Shown: in pieces, positions 45,763-54,097 of the stretch
Layout: each line of letters opens with the position of its first letter
Position numbering within the stretch: position 1 is the first letter of the stretch
Assembly: GCA_025920435.1 (NCBI GenBank)
Contig: JAPDLT010000002.1
Coordinates: 199-64,198, forward strand
Reading direction: 5' to 3'
DNA from: Candidatus Rehaiarchaeum fermentans
GTDB taxonomy: Archaea > Nanobdellota > Nanobdellia > Parvarchaeales > Parvarchaeaceae
Length of the DNA stretch: 64,000 nucleotides
Program-made: the position numbers and the translations under genes
Notes under the pieces: generated by a model
Database searches by the model: none
What the model saw: only the letters and a program-made list of their open reading frames with translations
Told to the model about the DNA's origin: nothing

Positions 45763-46818
45763 TCATTTAATTTGATTATAAAACAATTCGGAGATCACAT
45801 TTAATGCGTACTCTCCTCTTTCTAAAATAAATGATAGTTCATATCGATTTCCTTCTTTGGAAAGAGAAATTTCTTTTGGAAACGAAATTGCCTTTCTAAA
45901 TCTACATTTCATATCTATCTCCGGCATAGAAGGAATTTCTAATTGTTTATAACAAATACCTTCTTCGCTTAGAATTTGTTGTATTTTATCAAAGTAAACT
46001 ACATCTTTGTAATTAAACAAGTCATAACCTGGCAAAATAATATATCTATAAGAATTTAATTCTATTCTTGAAAGTAACTTATTGAACAAATATGCTTGAT
46101 AGGATTGAAATATAAGCATCCTTAATCTTTTATCTAATTTTTTGATTTCTTTTAGATAGTCCTGCTTACTACTTATTTTTATATTTTTTAAAAAACTCAG
46201 CGCAATTCCTAAGTATCCCTGAATAAGTGCATATGAGGCTTTTAAATTAATTAATTTTCTCCCAAATCTTTGATAATTAAAATAATTTCTAACTCCATTG
46301 CTTCTCAGATAATTTATTCCTTTCAATAAATCTGATTCATTATGTTGAAGAGAAAATCTGACAACAAACCTATTTCCTACATTTTTTCCTAGTTTACATC
46401 CCTCATTAGATGTATGAATATCACTAATTTTAATATCGCTATTTAGCATACTTAAGTTCAAAAGCTTTTTTAATAATTGCTCATTAAATGGCAAAGATAG
46501 GAGTTGCGAGGTAGTTGCATACTTATCTTTTAAGCCGTAATATCCAAAAAGTTTAGATGATATATTTAATTTATCTGCTATTATCTTTATAGCTTCAAGT
46601 GTGCTTAAGTTTCTTTTTATTAGCTTAAATCTTATGAAGCTCTTACCAGAATTTTGATAATTATTTTCCTTTTCTAGATAAACAACCTTGCCAGCCTCGT
46701 CTATTTCTTCTACAAAAAAAGAATCAGCATTTAGTTCTAAAGGATAATTAACACAGTATTGATTATCAAATTTCTCGATTCCTATAGCACGAAAATTGAT
46801 ATTATTTAATTTTACCAT
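45763..46818 (-). CDS. truD: tRNA pseudouridine synthase TruD/Pus7 family
   Basis: 351 aa. FGYYGLKDKYATTSQ contains the catalytic GxKD motif, and NYFNYQRFG is also typical. Confidence 0.8.
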   Translation of the reverse strand: MVKLNNINFRAIGIEKFDNQYCVNYPLELNADSFFVEEIDEAGKVVYLEKENNYQNSGKSFIRFKLIKRNLSTLEAIKIIADKLNISSKLFGYYGLKDKYATTSQLLSLPFNEQLLKKLLNLSMLNSDIKISDIHTSNEGCKLGKNVGNRFVVRFSLQHNESDLLKGINYLRSNGVRNYFNYQRFGRKLINLKASYALIQGYLGIALSFLKNIKISSKQDYLKEIKKLDKRLRMLIFQSYQAYLFNKLLSRIELNSYRYIILPGYDLFNYKDVVYFDKIQQILSEEGICYKQLEIPSMPEIDMKCRFRKAISFPKEISLSKEGNRYELSFILERGEYALNVISELFYNQIK

Positions 46819-46837
46819 GTGTTAAATAATCGATATC

Positions 46838-47230
46838 TTATATTTCATCAATACATAAGTTAGTAGCAATTATATTAGAATGCCCTAGCACGTTACACAT
46901 GCATGAAGTTCCTTGGTAATTATCGTAACTAGCGCATTTATCGTTATAAAAACAAAAAATAGTAAAGGAAGAGTTATCAAAAAGCTTACTAACAATTGTT
47001 TTGTTGAATAAATTTAGAGATAATTCGTGAGAAAGAGATATTCCTTGATACTCGCAAATTGCATTTAGTTGTTTTATTTTGGATAAAGAATTATATTGGT
47101 TATAGTAATAAATAAAAACGAAAGAGAAGGCTATAGTGATTAGAAAAACTATGTAGATATAGTAAATTTTCTTCATAAAATAATCACGACAGAAACTATA
47201 TAAATGTAAAATTAGATTATTGCTACACAC
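46838..47230 (-). CDS. Cys-rich membrane-anchored protein, unknown
   Basis: 130 aa with one TM helix and 8 Cys in the ectodomain. It abuts the origin region. Confidence 0.4.
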   Translation of the reverse strand: MCSNNLILHLYSFCRDYFMKKIYYIYIVFLITIAFSFVFIYYYNQYNSLSKIKQLNAICEYQGISLSHELSLNLFNKTIVSKLFDNSSFTIFCFYNDKCASYDNYQGTSCMCNVLGHSNIIATNLCIDEI

Positions 47231-47250
47231 CCCTATGTTTCTACTGGAAC
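47226..47250 (-). promoter_or_regulatory. origin recognition box (ORB) with G-string, reverse orientation
   Basis: Reverse complement is GTTCCAGTAGAAACATAGGGGTGTG. It shares the core TCCAGTAGAAA plus a downstream G-run with the element at 47418-47441 and resembles the archaeal ORB consensus (TTCCAGTGGAAAC...GGGG). Confidence 0.65.
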
Positions 47251-47274
47251 TTTATTATTATTTTTTAATGTTTA

Positions 47275-47329
47275 TTTCCACTGAAGTATTCCTAATTTCA
47301 AGTGGAAAAAACTTTATTTCCAGTGGAAT
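47275..47329. promoter_or_regulatory. three mini-ORB-like elements
   Basis: The elements are TTTCCACTGAAG (47275-47286), TTTCAAGTGGAAAAA (47296-47310) and TTTCCAGTGGAAT (47317-47329). The last matches the Sulfolobus-type mini-ORB core TTCCAGTGGAA exactly. Confidence 0.6.
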
Positions 47330-47417
47330 TAAGTTTTAAACTTAAGCTGTTTTATTTTTAGGTTTATTGGCTTAAATAATTTAATTTATTAAGAAAGTAA
47401 GAAATTACTATTAATAT
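47330..47417. promoter_or_regulatory. A/T-rich candidate duplex unwinding element
   Basis: About 88 nt almost devoid of G/C, bracketed by the ORB elements. Confidence 0.5.
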
Positions 47418-47441
47418 CTCCAGTAGAAATAGAGGGGGAGG
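47418..47441 (+). promoter_or_regulatory. origin recognition box (ORB) with G-string, forward orientation
   Basis: CTCCAGTAGAAATAGAGGGGGAGG is the inverted partner of 47226-47250. It lies about 60 nt upstream of the orc1/cdc6 start. Confidence 0.65.
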
Positions 47442-47472
47442 ACTTGTGTGTTTAAATTTATTTAATTATCTC

Positions 47473-47481
47473 TTTTATAAA
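47473..47481 (+). promoter_or_regulatory. TATA-like box for orc1/cdc6 (probably leaderless mRNA)
   Basis: TTTTATAAA is centred about 23 nt upstream of the ATG at 47500. Confidence 0.4.
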
Positions 47482-47499
47482 GAAAAATTAACGTAAAAT

Positions 47500-48753
47500 A
47501 TGATTGATAATCTGGATTATTCAGAAGATAAAACATATATCTCACCGAAGGACTTGTTTAATCAGATATTGAGCAAAGCTTCATCTATTTTCAAAAATAA
47601 AGAAGTACTACTCAATGATTACATACCTAACGAAATACATTTCAGGAATAAGGAAATGACTCAATTGACTACTGCTTTATCTCCTATTTTGCTAGGAAAT
47701 AATTCCGTTAATGTGTTTATTTTTGGATTTTCAGGAACTGGCAAAACATTAGTTACTAGGAAGGTAGTTAATGACTTACTAGAAATAGGTAAACAAAATA
47801 ATGATAATATTTCATGTATTATCATGAATTGTAGACTTGATAATATAAATACTGAATATAGACTTATTACAAACTTAGCTAAGATTTTTGGTGCTAAGCT
47901 TCCTGATACCGGTCTGTCTCTTGCGAAGGTGTATGATAAATTCTTTGATAGTTTAAATATGAATAACAAAAAAGATTTGAAATTAGTTCTCGTACTTGAT
48001 GAAATAGATTATCTAATTCTTAAGGATCCTCTATTTTTGTATAATCTTTCTCGTATTAAGGAGAAATACGATAAGTTGTACTTGTCCCTAGTAGGAATAT
48101 CAAATATATTAAACTTAAAGTCAAGAATAGAACCTAAAGTTATAAGTTCACTTAATCCCGTCGAGATAGTGTTCTCTTCTTATTCTGCAGATGAAATAAA
48201 GGGAATTTTGGAAGAGAGAGTTAAACTAGCTTTTAACGAAGGAGTTGTGGCTGAAGGAGTAGTGTCTAAAATAGCTGCTATAAGTGCGCAAGAACATGGA
48301 GATGTTAGAAGAGCTATTAACTTGCTTAGGTTGTCAGGCGAATTGGCTCAAAGAAAAGGAGAAAGTCACATTAGTTTAGAGGATGTAGATCTTGCATATA
48401 AGGAGTCTGAAAAGAATATTATAGAGGAGACAATACATACTTTAGCTCCGCAATCTAAGCTGGTCCTTCTCGCAATACTTAATATTATTGAAAAGAAGAA
48501 ATCAGATACTATTTTCTCCGGAGAAATATACGATGAATATATTAAGTTAGCGAACAAATTTGGGTACCGAGAACTTACTTTCAGAAGGGTTTCTGATTTG
48601 ATTTATGAGCTAGATTATAATTCATTAATAAGAATTCAATTAAAAAGTAGAGGAAGATATGGAAGATCTAGAGAAGTAGGTTTAGGGTTTTCAAAAGAAG
48701 TAGTGCCAAGATTAGAAGATATAATTAAAAATGATTTGAATAAAAATTTGTAA
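47500..48753 (+). CDS. cdc6: Orc1/Cdc6 replication initiator
   Basis: 417 aa. PNEIHFRNKEM, Walker A FGFSGTGKT, Walker B VLVLDEIDYL, sensor-2 HGDVRRAINLLR and a C-terminal winged helix are present. Confidence 0.9.
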   Translation: MIDNLDYSEDKTYISPKDLFNQILSKASSIFKNKEVLLNDYIPNEIHFRNKEMTQLTTALSPILLGNNSVNVFIFGFSGTGKTLVTRKVVNDLLEIGKQNNDNISCIIMNCRLDNINTEYRLITNLAKIFGAKLPDTGLSLAKVYDKFFDSLNMNNKKDLKLVLVLDEIDYLILKDPLFLYNLSRIKEKYDKLYLSLVGISNILNLKSRIEPKVISSLNPVEIVFSSYSADEIKGILEERVKLAFNEGVVAEGVVSKIAAISAQEHGDVRRAINLLRLSGELAQRKGESHISLEDVDLAYKESEKNIIEETIHTLAPQSKLVLLAILNIIEKKKSDTIFSGEIYDEYIKLANKFGYRELTFRRVSDLIYELDYNSLIRIQLKSRGRYGRSREVGLGFSKEVVPRLEDIIKNDLNKNL

Positions 48754-48773
48754 TTTATAAATTAAACAACAAA

Positions 48774-49427
48774 ATGAATATGGGAGAAGAAGACTTTTTA
48801 GATTTGATTTCAAAAATACTACAAAAGTTAGATGACTTGGAAGCAAGAAATCTTAGGTTGGAGGAATTTATTTATAATAACTTCATTAAAAGGGATCCTA
48901 ATAATTTATCAGAAATTGACCAATCCTTAGCTGGGCCTCGTCCAATCGTCGTAGAAGAAAGAGTAGAACCTGATGAAAGAAACATTAGTTCTTATAAAAA
49001 AACTATGACTCCAGAAGGTTCCCTTATTGCTATTACTGGAAAACCATTTTGTGTTTCAGGTAAGCACTTAATTTCAGATAATGATTCGATTTTATTTTGC
49101 AGTAAATGTGGGCGCACTGTTTGTAGCTCTCACTACGTAAGTGCACCTCCGATATGTTTTGATTGTGCTATTAAAGAAATAAACATGAGTGAAGAAGAAA
49201 TATATGTACTCTCTTCCTTAGTAAATAATAAGCCAATGGAATATGAAGTAGAAAACTATTATTCTGTGATAAGTAGCTTAGAATATAAAGGATATATTAA
49301 AAGGAAGTTTTTATTTACAATAAAACCTACTATAAAAGGAGTGCACGCTCTTCGTCTTTTTGAAGAGCTAGTTGAGCGTAATGGACGAGGAGATAGAAAA
49401 GATAAAGATCTTGAACAAAATAATTAG
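48774..49427 (+). CDS. coiled-coil / Zn-ribbon / wHTH protein, unknown function
   Basis: 217 aa. CSKCGRTVCSSH...CFDCA gives two CxxC pairs. A wHTH-like region follows (IYVLSSLVNNKPMEYEV..VISSLEYKGYIKRK). Confidence 0.5.
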   Translation: MNMGEEDFLDLISKILQKLDDLEARNLRLEEFIYNNFIKRDPNNLSEIDQSLAGPRPIVVEERVEPDERNISSYKKTMTPEGSLIAITGKPFCVSGKHLISDNDSILFCSKCGRTVCSSHYVSAPPICFDCAIKEINMSEEEIYVLSSLVNNKPMEYEVENYYSVISSLEYKGYIKRKFLFTIKPTIKGVHALRLFEELVERNGRGDRKDKDLEQNN

Positions 49428-51111
49428 AAATAGATTTTTGGAGAAAGCTTTAGAATTATACGATAAAGGAAATGTAGAAATTTTATTACATATAAAAGAA
49501 TATTTAGAAAAATCTGGTCTTAAAAATTATCTAAATCTAATAAATTTAGAAAATGCAGAATTCCTCGAAGGAGAAATAAATCTAGGCTATGCAGAGGATA
49601 ATTTACCTGTTAAAGCATCGTTTGAAGAATTTAATAAAAACGCACTAGTCGTAGCTCCATCTGGTCATGGTAAAACTAATTTGTTAAGGAATATTATTTT
49701 ACAAACTTATTTCTCAAAATCTCAAGTAATTATATTTGATAGCAAAGAAGATTTTGTAGATTTAGCAAAAATAATAGGAGCTATAGTACTTGATAAAAAC
49801 ACTAAAATAAACATTTTTCAAATACCTGACTTTTTAGATAGGAATGAATTTATTCAGTTTTTAGCCGATCTTTTTTCAGATTCCCTTTCTCTCTTAGTTG
49901 GTAGTAGAGGATTTTTAATAGAAAGCTTGGAAAGAATCAAAGATTTTAAAAACGTTTCACTTAAAGAATTCCTGCTAAATTTAGTTTCAAACGATGATAA
50001 AAATGATTATTATAAAGTTATAAGAGGAAGATTAATTTCTCTTAGTAAAATTCCATTTTTCAATGGAAAATCTTTTGATTTAGATGCTTTGCTCAATAGC
50101 AATTTGATAATTAGATTAGGAGATTTAGGCTTTATAGAGCAAAAATTAGTTTTTAATTATTTAATTGGATTGCTTTACCTAAGAGGACTTAAGCAAAAAG
50201 GTAATTTTAAAGGCTTGATATTTGTTGATGATGCACACAATCTTTTAGATGTAAATCAAGAAAGATTACCTGAACAAGGTCTTCCATTAATTCATACGAT
50301 TTTTTCGAGAATAAGAGATTTAGGATATGGGTTTGTAGTGGCAAATCAACAAATATCTTCCTTAGTTTCTGCCGTTTATAGTAATTCATTTATCAAAATT
50401 TTTGGTCCTTTAGGCATCGATGAAATTAAAAAATTTAATTTGCCAGAAGAAATATCTACTCTAAGAAAGGGCGAGTTTTTTGTTTTCAAAAATGGAAAAA
50501 GTAAGAAATTTGTTACTTACGTAAGCCTAAAATTTCCTCTTCCAGATAGAACTGTGCTTGAAGAAGAAACAAAAAATAAATTAAAAATAGAAGAAGTGGA
50601 TGAATATGAATTAAGTAAATTAATATTTAATAAGATAATAAGCGATTATCCAATATCTTTTTCCAAAATTCAACTTTATTTTTCTAATGCTTTTTCTTAT
50701 GAAGAATTATCAAAAGCTTTTAACTTATTAATTCAAAACGAGAAAATAAAGAGGATTTATATTCAAGCATCGCCCTTTTCTAAAATTGAGTACTTAGTTC
50801 CTTCTAACGTAGATGAAGTTGAGGTTAAGAAAAAGATATTGCGTAAAATGGTCTATAAAAAACTTGTTAAGATGAGAATAGATTTTATAGACGATGGTGA
50901 AGGATTTGTAATCTACAAACCTAAAAAAATTTATATAGCAATAATGAAAGATTTCGCTGATTTATCTAGATTAGCTGAGACCAACTTTTATAAGATATAT
51001 GATGTAATAGATTCGCCTTTATCTGAAGTCAACATACTTTCTGAAATAAATCCTTACGATTTATCAAGAATAGAAGTTAGCAAAATATACAATTTCTTTT
51101 TAAATTTCTAA
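49381..51111 (+). CDS. P-loop NTPase, possibly FtsK/HerA-superfamily-like, with C-terminal wHTH-like region
   Basis: Walker A VVAPSGHGKTN and Walker B GLIFVDDAHNLL are present, followed by GFVVANQQISSL. I prefer ATG 49381, which overlaps the upstream gene by 47 nt. Family assignment is uncertain. Confidence 0.6.
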   Translation: MDEEIEKIKILNKIIRNRFLEKALELYDKGNVEILLHIKEYLEKSGLKNYLNLINLENAEFLEGEINLGYAEDNLPVKASFEEFNKNALVVAPSGHGKTNLLRNIILQTYFSKSQVIIFDSKEDFVDLAKIIGAIVLDKNTKINIFQIPDFLDRNEFIQFLADLFSDSLSLLVGSRGFLIESLERIKDFKNVSLKEFLLNLVSNDDKNDYYKVIRGRLISLSKIPFFNGKSFDLDALLNSNLIIRLGDLGFIEQKLVFNYLIGLLYLRGLKQKGNFKGLIFVDDAHNLLDVNQERLPEQGLPLIHTIFSRIRDLGYGFVVANQQISSLVSAVYSNSFIKIFGPLGIDEIKKFNLPEEISTLRKGEFFVFKNGKSKKFVTYVSLKFPLPDRTVLEEETKNKLKIEEVDEYELSKLIFNKIISDYPISFSKIQLYFSNAFSYEELSKAFNLLIQNEKIKRIYIQASPFSKIEYLVPSNVDEVEVKKKILRKMVYKKLVKMRIDFIDDGEGFVIYKPKKIYIAIMKDFADLSRLAETNFYKIYDVIDSPLSEVNILSEINPYDLSRIEVSKIYNFFLNF

Positions 51112-51169
51112 TTATTTTTAAATTTTAGTTTAAATTAACGCTTATTTTAATAGATGTTATTTTAAGTTA

Positions 51170-51829
51170 ATGGAAGGTTTTTCATTACAAGAAGCCGTTC
51201 TGATATCTGTTTTAATAATTGATATTTTATCAATTACTCTTGCGCTTCTAATGTCTCTTAAATATAATAAAAATAAGGCAAAAACTTATTTATTTTGGAG
51301 TGCAGGACTTTGGGTTTTTGCAATAAGTGTATTTTTAGAGATTTTATTTGCTTTAGGTATTTATAATGAATTTTTAATAAGTACTTATGTCTTTTTAGTA
51401 GCTCTTTTAGTAGAACTACTTGCTCTTGGATCTATACAATTTTTTCCAAAATTTGTTCGCGTTTATTACATTTTTTGTTTATTGAGTACTTTAGCACTTT
51501 TCATTTCTCTTTTCTTTGTAAATATTGGAAATATAATACAAAATTATGTAGTTTATGGAGCTCTTCCTTTAGTAACCACTATTATTTCTTCTATTATAAC
51601 CTTTCCAGCGGCTTCAATAATTATAATTTCTGCTATTCTTACAATTAAGAGAACTAGCAAATATAAAGACAGGAGTGTAAAATTTAAGAAAAGAGTTCAA
51701 ATGATTAGTATAATTATCGGAGTTCTATTTGTAAGTCTAGCTGGTACCTTTTATATTGCTTCTTACCCTGAACTGCTTTATTGGTCAGAATTTGGAGGAA
51801 TAGTTTTGCTCTGGATAGGCTTTATTTAG
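51170..51829 (+). CDS. polytopic membrane protein (about 7 TM), unknown
   Basis: 219 aa and strongly hydrophobic throughout. Confidence 0.5.
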   Translation: MEGFSLQEAVLISVLIIDILSITLALLMSLKYNKNKAKTYLFWSAGLWVFAISVFLEILFALGIYNEFLISTYVFLVALLVELLALGSIQFFPKFVRVYYIFCLLSTLALFISLFFVNIGNIIQNYVVYGALPLVTTIISSIITFPAASIIIISAILTIKRTSKYKDRSVKFKKRVQMISIIIGVLFVSLAGTFYIASYPELLYWSEFGGIVLLWIGFI

Positions 51830-51858
51830 TTTTTATTTGGTCTTGTTCAATATTTAGT

Positions 51859-52527
51859 ATGAAAGCAGTCATATTAGCTGGAGGATTAGGTAAAAGGTTA
51901 AGACCTCTAACTGATGATTTACCCAAGCCATTAATAGAAGTTGCAGGAAAGCCGATAATAGAATGGCAAATAGAGTGGTTTAAAAAATTTAATGTTTATG
52001 ACTTTATAATATTAGCTGGTTATAAGAAAGAAATACTAATAGATTGGGTGACGAAAAATCAAAATAGGCTTGGTATAAATGCAGTCTTTAGTACTGAAAG
52101 TGAGCCTCTTGGTACAGGTGGCGCGATAAAAAAGATAAAAAATTTAATTACGGGAGATTTTTTTGTCGTTAATGGGGATGTATTAACAAATATTGATATG
52201 ACTAAGTTGATCCAAGAAGGTCAAAATATTGCTTTAGTCCCTTTGCGAAGTACTTATGGAGTTATTAAACATAATAATGGATTAATTACAGAATTTGTAG
52301 AAAAGCCTATACTTTATGATTATTGGATGAATAGCGGAGTTTATAAATTTAATGAAGAAATTTTCGATTATTTACCTGACAAAGGAGATATAGAAAGAAC
52401 TGCCTTCCCTCAATTAGCTAGAGAAGGAAAATTGAAAGGGGTAAAATTTACTGACTCTTATTGGATTTCTATTGATTCATTTAAGGATATAGAAAAAGCG
52501 TCAGAAGAAATAAAGAAATACCTTTAA
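51859..52527 (+). CDS. sugar-1-phosphate nucleotidyltransferase (RmlA/GlmU-N/ManC-like)
   Basis: [25 protein letters not shown] is the classic N-terminal motif. I prefer ATG 51859 to the track start at 51781. Confidence 0.85.
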   Translation: MKAVILAGGLGKRLRPLTDDLPKPLIEVAGKPIIEWQIEWFKKFNVYDFIILAGYKKEILIDWVTKNQNRLGINAVFSTESEPLGTGGAIKKIKNLITGDFFVVNGDVLTNIDMTKLIQEGQNIALVPLRSTYGVIKHNNGLITEFVEKPILYDYWMNSGVYKFNEEIFDYLPDKGDIERTAFPQLAREGKLKGVKFTDSYWISIDSFKDIEKASEEIKKYL

Positions 52528-52745
52528 TAAAAAAAGTTTAAAGCTCCCTTTTAAGGGCAATTACTTTCTAAAGTTACAAAAATTAAAAAGAAATATGCCA
52601 GAAGCCTTCTAGGCCTTTCACTTTTTAAATGATTTTATAATTTAAATTCTGACTAATGCTTATTTTCTCACCTTAAAAATAAAAAGTGTAAAATTTAAAA
52701 TTAATTATTTTTCGGGTTTAATTATATTTATAAAATGTAACTGCT

Positions 52746-53732
52746 ATGGAGAAACCATTAGTAAGTATATATGCAACAGTTTATAATAATGCTAACATAG
52801 TTTCTAAATCAATTAAATCTATAATAAATCAGTTTCCTGACTTTGATAAAAATTTTGAATTTGTAATTGTCGATAATTATTCTAACGATGGTACATATGA
52901 AATCCTACTTAAGTTTCAGAAAAAGCATCCTAATATAAAAATAATAAGAGCTAACTGCACAAGAGGAGGTGGGCGTGCAATTGCAGTAAATAAGTCTCAA
53001 GGTAACTATTTATTTTATGTGGATTTAGATACTATTTATACTCCTGTTCTCTCTAAAGTGATTTATAAGATGATAAAAGAATATAAAACTGGTAGTTTAA
53101 TGCCTTATGGATTTTGTGATAGAAAAACAATGAACAAAATAGGCAATTGGAATTATAATCTTAATACAGGAGAAGATTGGGAATTTTCTGCTAGAGCCAT
53201 TAGTAAAGGTGTTAAGCTGTTCGATTTACCAGCTATTCTTGGTTTAAATGAAGTTGTAAACTCAAGAAGCAGAGAAAGGCGTTATTATAAAAATATGATT
53301 AGTTACATTATAAGAAGATATAAAAATTTAGAAGATACTATTAGAGGAAAAGGTTTTTTAAAAATTGATAGTAAAGTTAAGGCCGACATTTCTAATTTGA
53401 GATATTTAGCTTACCTTCTTATTTACTTTAAAATAAAAATTTTAAGACAAAAGATTTATAGTTACTACGATAAAGGACCGAATTCAATTTTTATTTATAA
53501 AAACATCAAACTCTTAAATCCAGCAAGTTTTAATATACCTAAAAAGTTCTATTTTTACAGGTTTAACATGTCCGATATTGAAATATCAGACTTAAACAGG
53601 CATTTAGAAACTTTGAGAAATTTTGGATTTAACAAAATCGAACTTAACGAGCCTAAGCTTAATAGGTTAAGATTATTTGTATATACAGATAAAACAGATA
53701 AGAACTTACTGAATTTGTTGAGATACACATAG
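52746..53732 (+). CDS. family 2 glycosyltransferase (soluble type)
   Basis: 328 aa. VSIYATVYNNANIV, VIVDNYSNDGT and YVDLDT (DxD) are present. Confidence 0.75.
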   Translation: MEKPLVSIYATVYNNANIVSKSIKSIINQFPDFDKNFEFVIVDNYSNDGTYEILLKFQKKHPNIKIIRANCTRGGGRAIAVNKSQGNYLFYVDLDTIYTPVLSKVIYKMIKEYKTGSLMPYGFCDRKTMNKIGNWNYNLNTGEDWEFSARAISKGVKLFDLPAILGLNEVVNSRSRERRYYKNMISYIIRRYKNLEDTIRGKGFLKIDSKVKADISNLRYLAYLLIYFKIKILRQKIYSYYDKGPNSIFIYKNIKLLNPASFNIPKKFYFYRFNMSDIEISDLNRHLETLRNFGFNKIELNEPKLNRLRLFVYTDKTDKNLLNLLRYT

Positions 53733-54097
53733 GCTTAAATTGCAAGCAGTTATTTAATTCTTGCTTTAGTCATGACTAGATTAAAGCTGTTAGAGTTTTA
53801 AACGTCAAAACATATAAATATTTGCTTTGGTGCTATTATTTTTTAACCTACATTATTGTATTGTGTAATAATAAAAGCATCGTTATGTGTTTTACAGTAC
53901 GGCTTCGAAATAAAACAAAATAAATTTGTAAAATATACAAAGATCAGAATGTTAAAATCGTTAAAATCTAATTTTAGTAATTTGAAGTATAAACATCTAT
54001 TTAAAGTAGGTTTTAAAATATACACTTAAATACAGTATTCGATATTTTCAAAAACAATAGATTAGTTGTACAGCAGCGAAATTTTTATAAATAATGA

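Noticed and set aside
52627-52655. Possible C/D-box sRNA (AATGATTT ... CTGA) in the 218-nt spacer before the GT2 gene
   Set aside because: The C box deviates from RUGAUGA, there is no C'/D' pair or terminal stem, and the spacing is too short. It is indistinguishable from chance in AT-rich DNA.
53843-54025. 60-aa minus-strand ORF in the long convergent spacer
   Set aside because: There is no start context, its composition is typical of random AT-rich sequence, and it has no motif.
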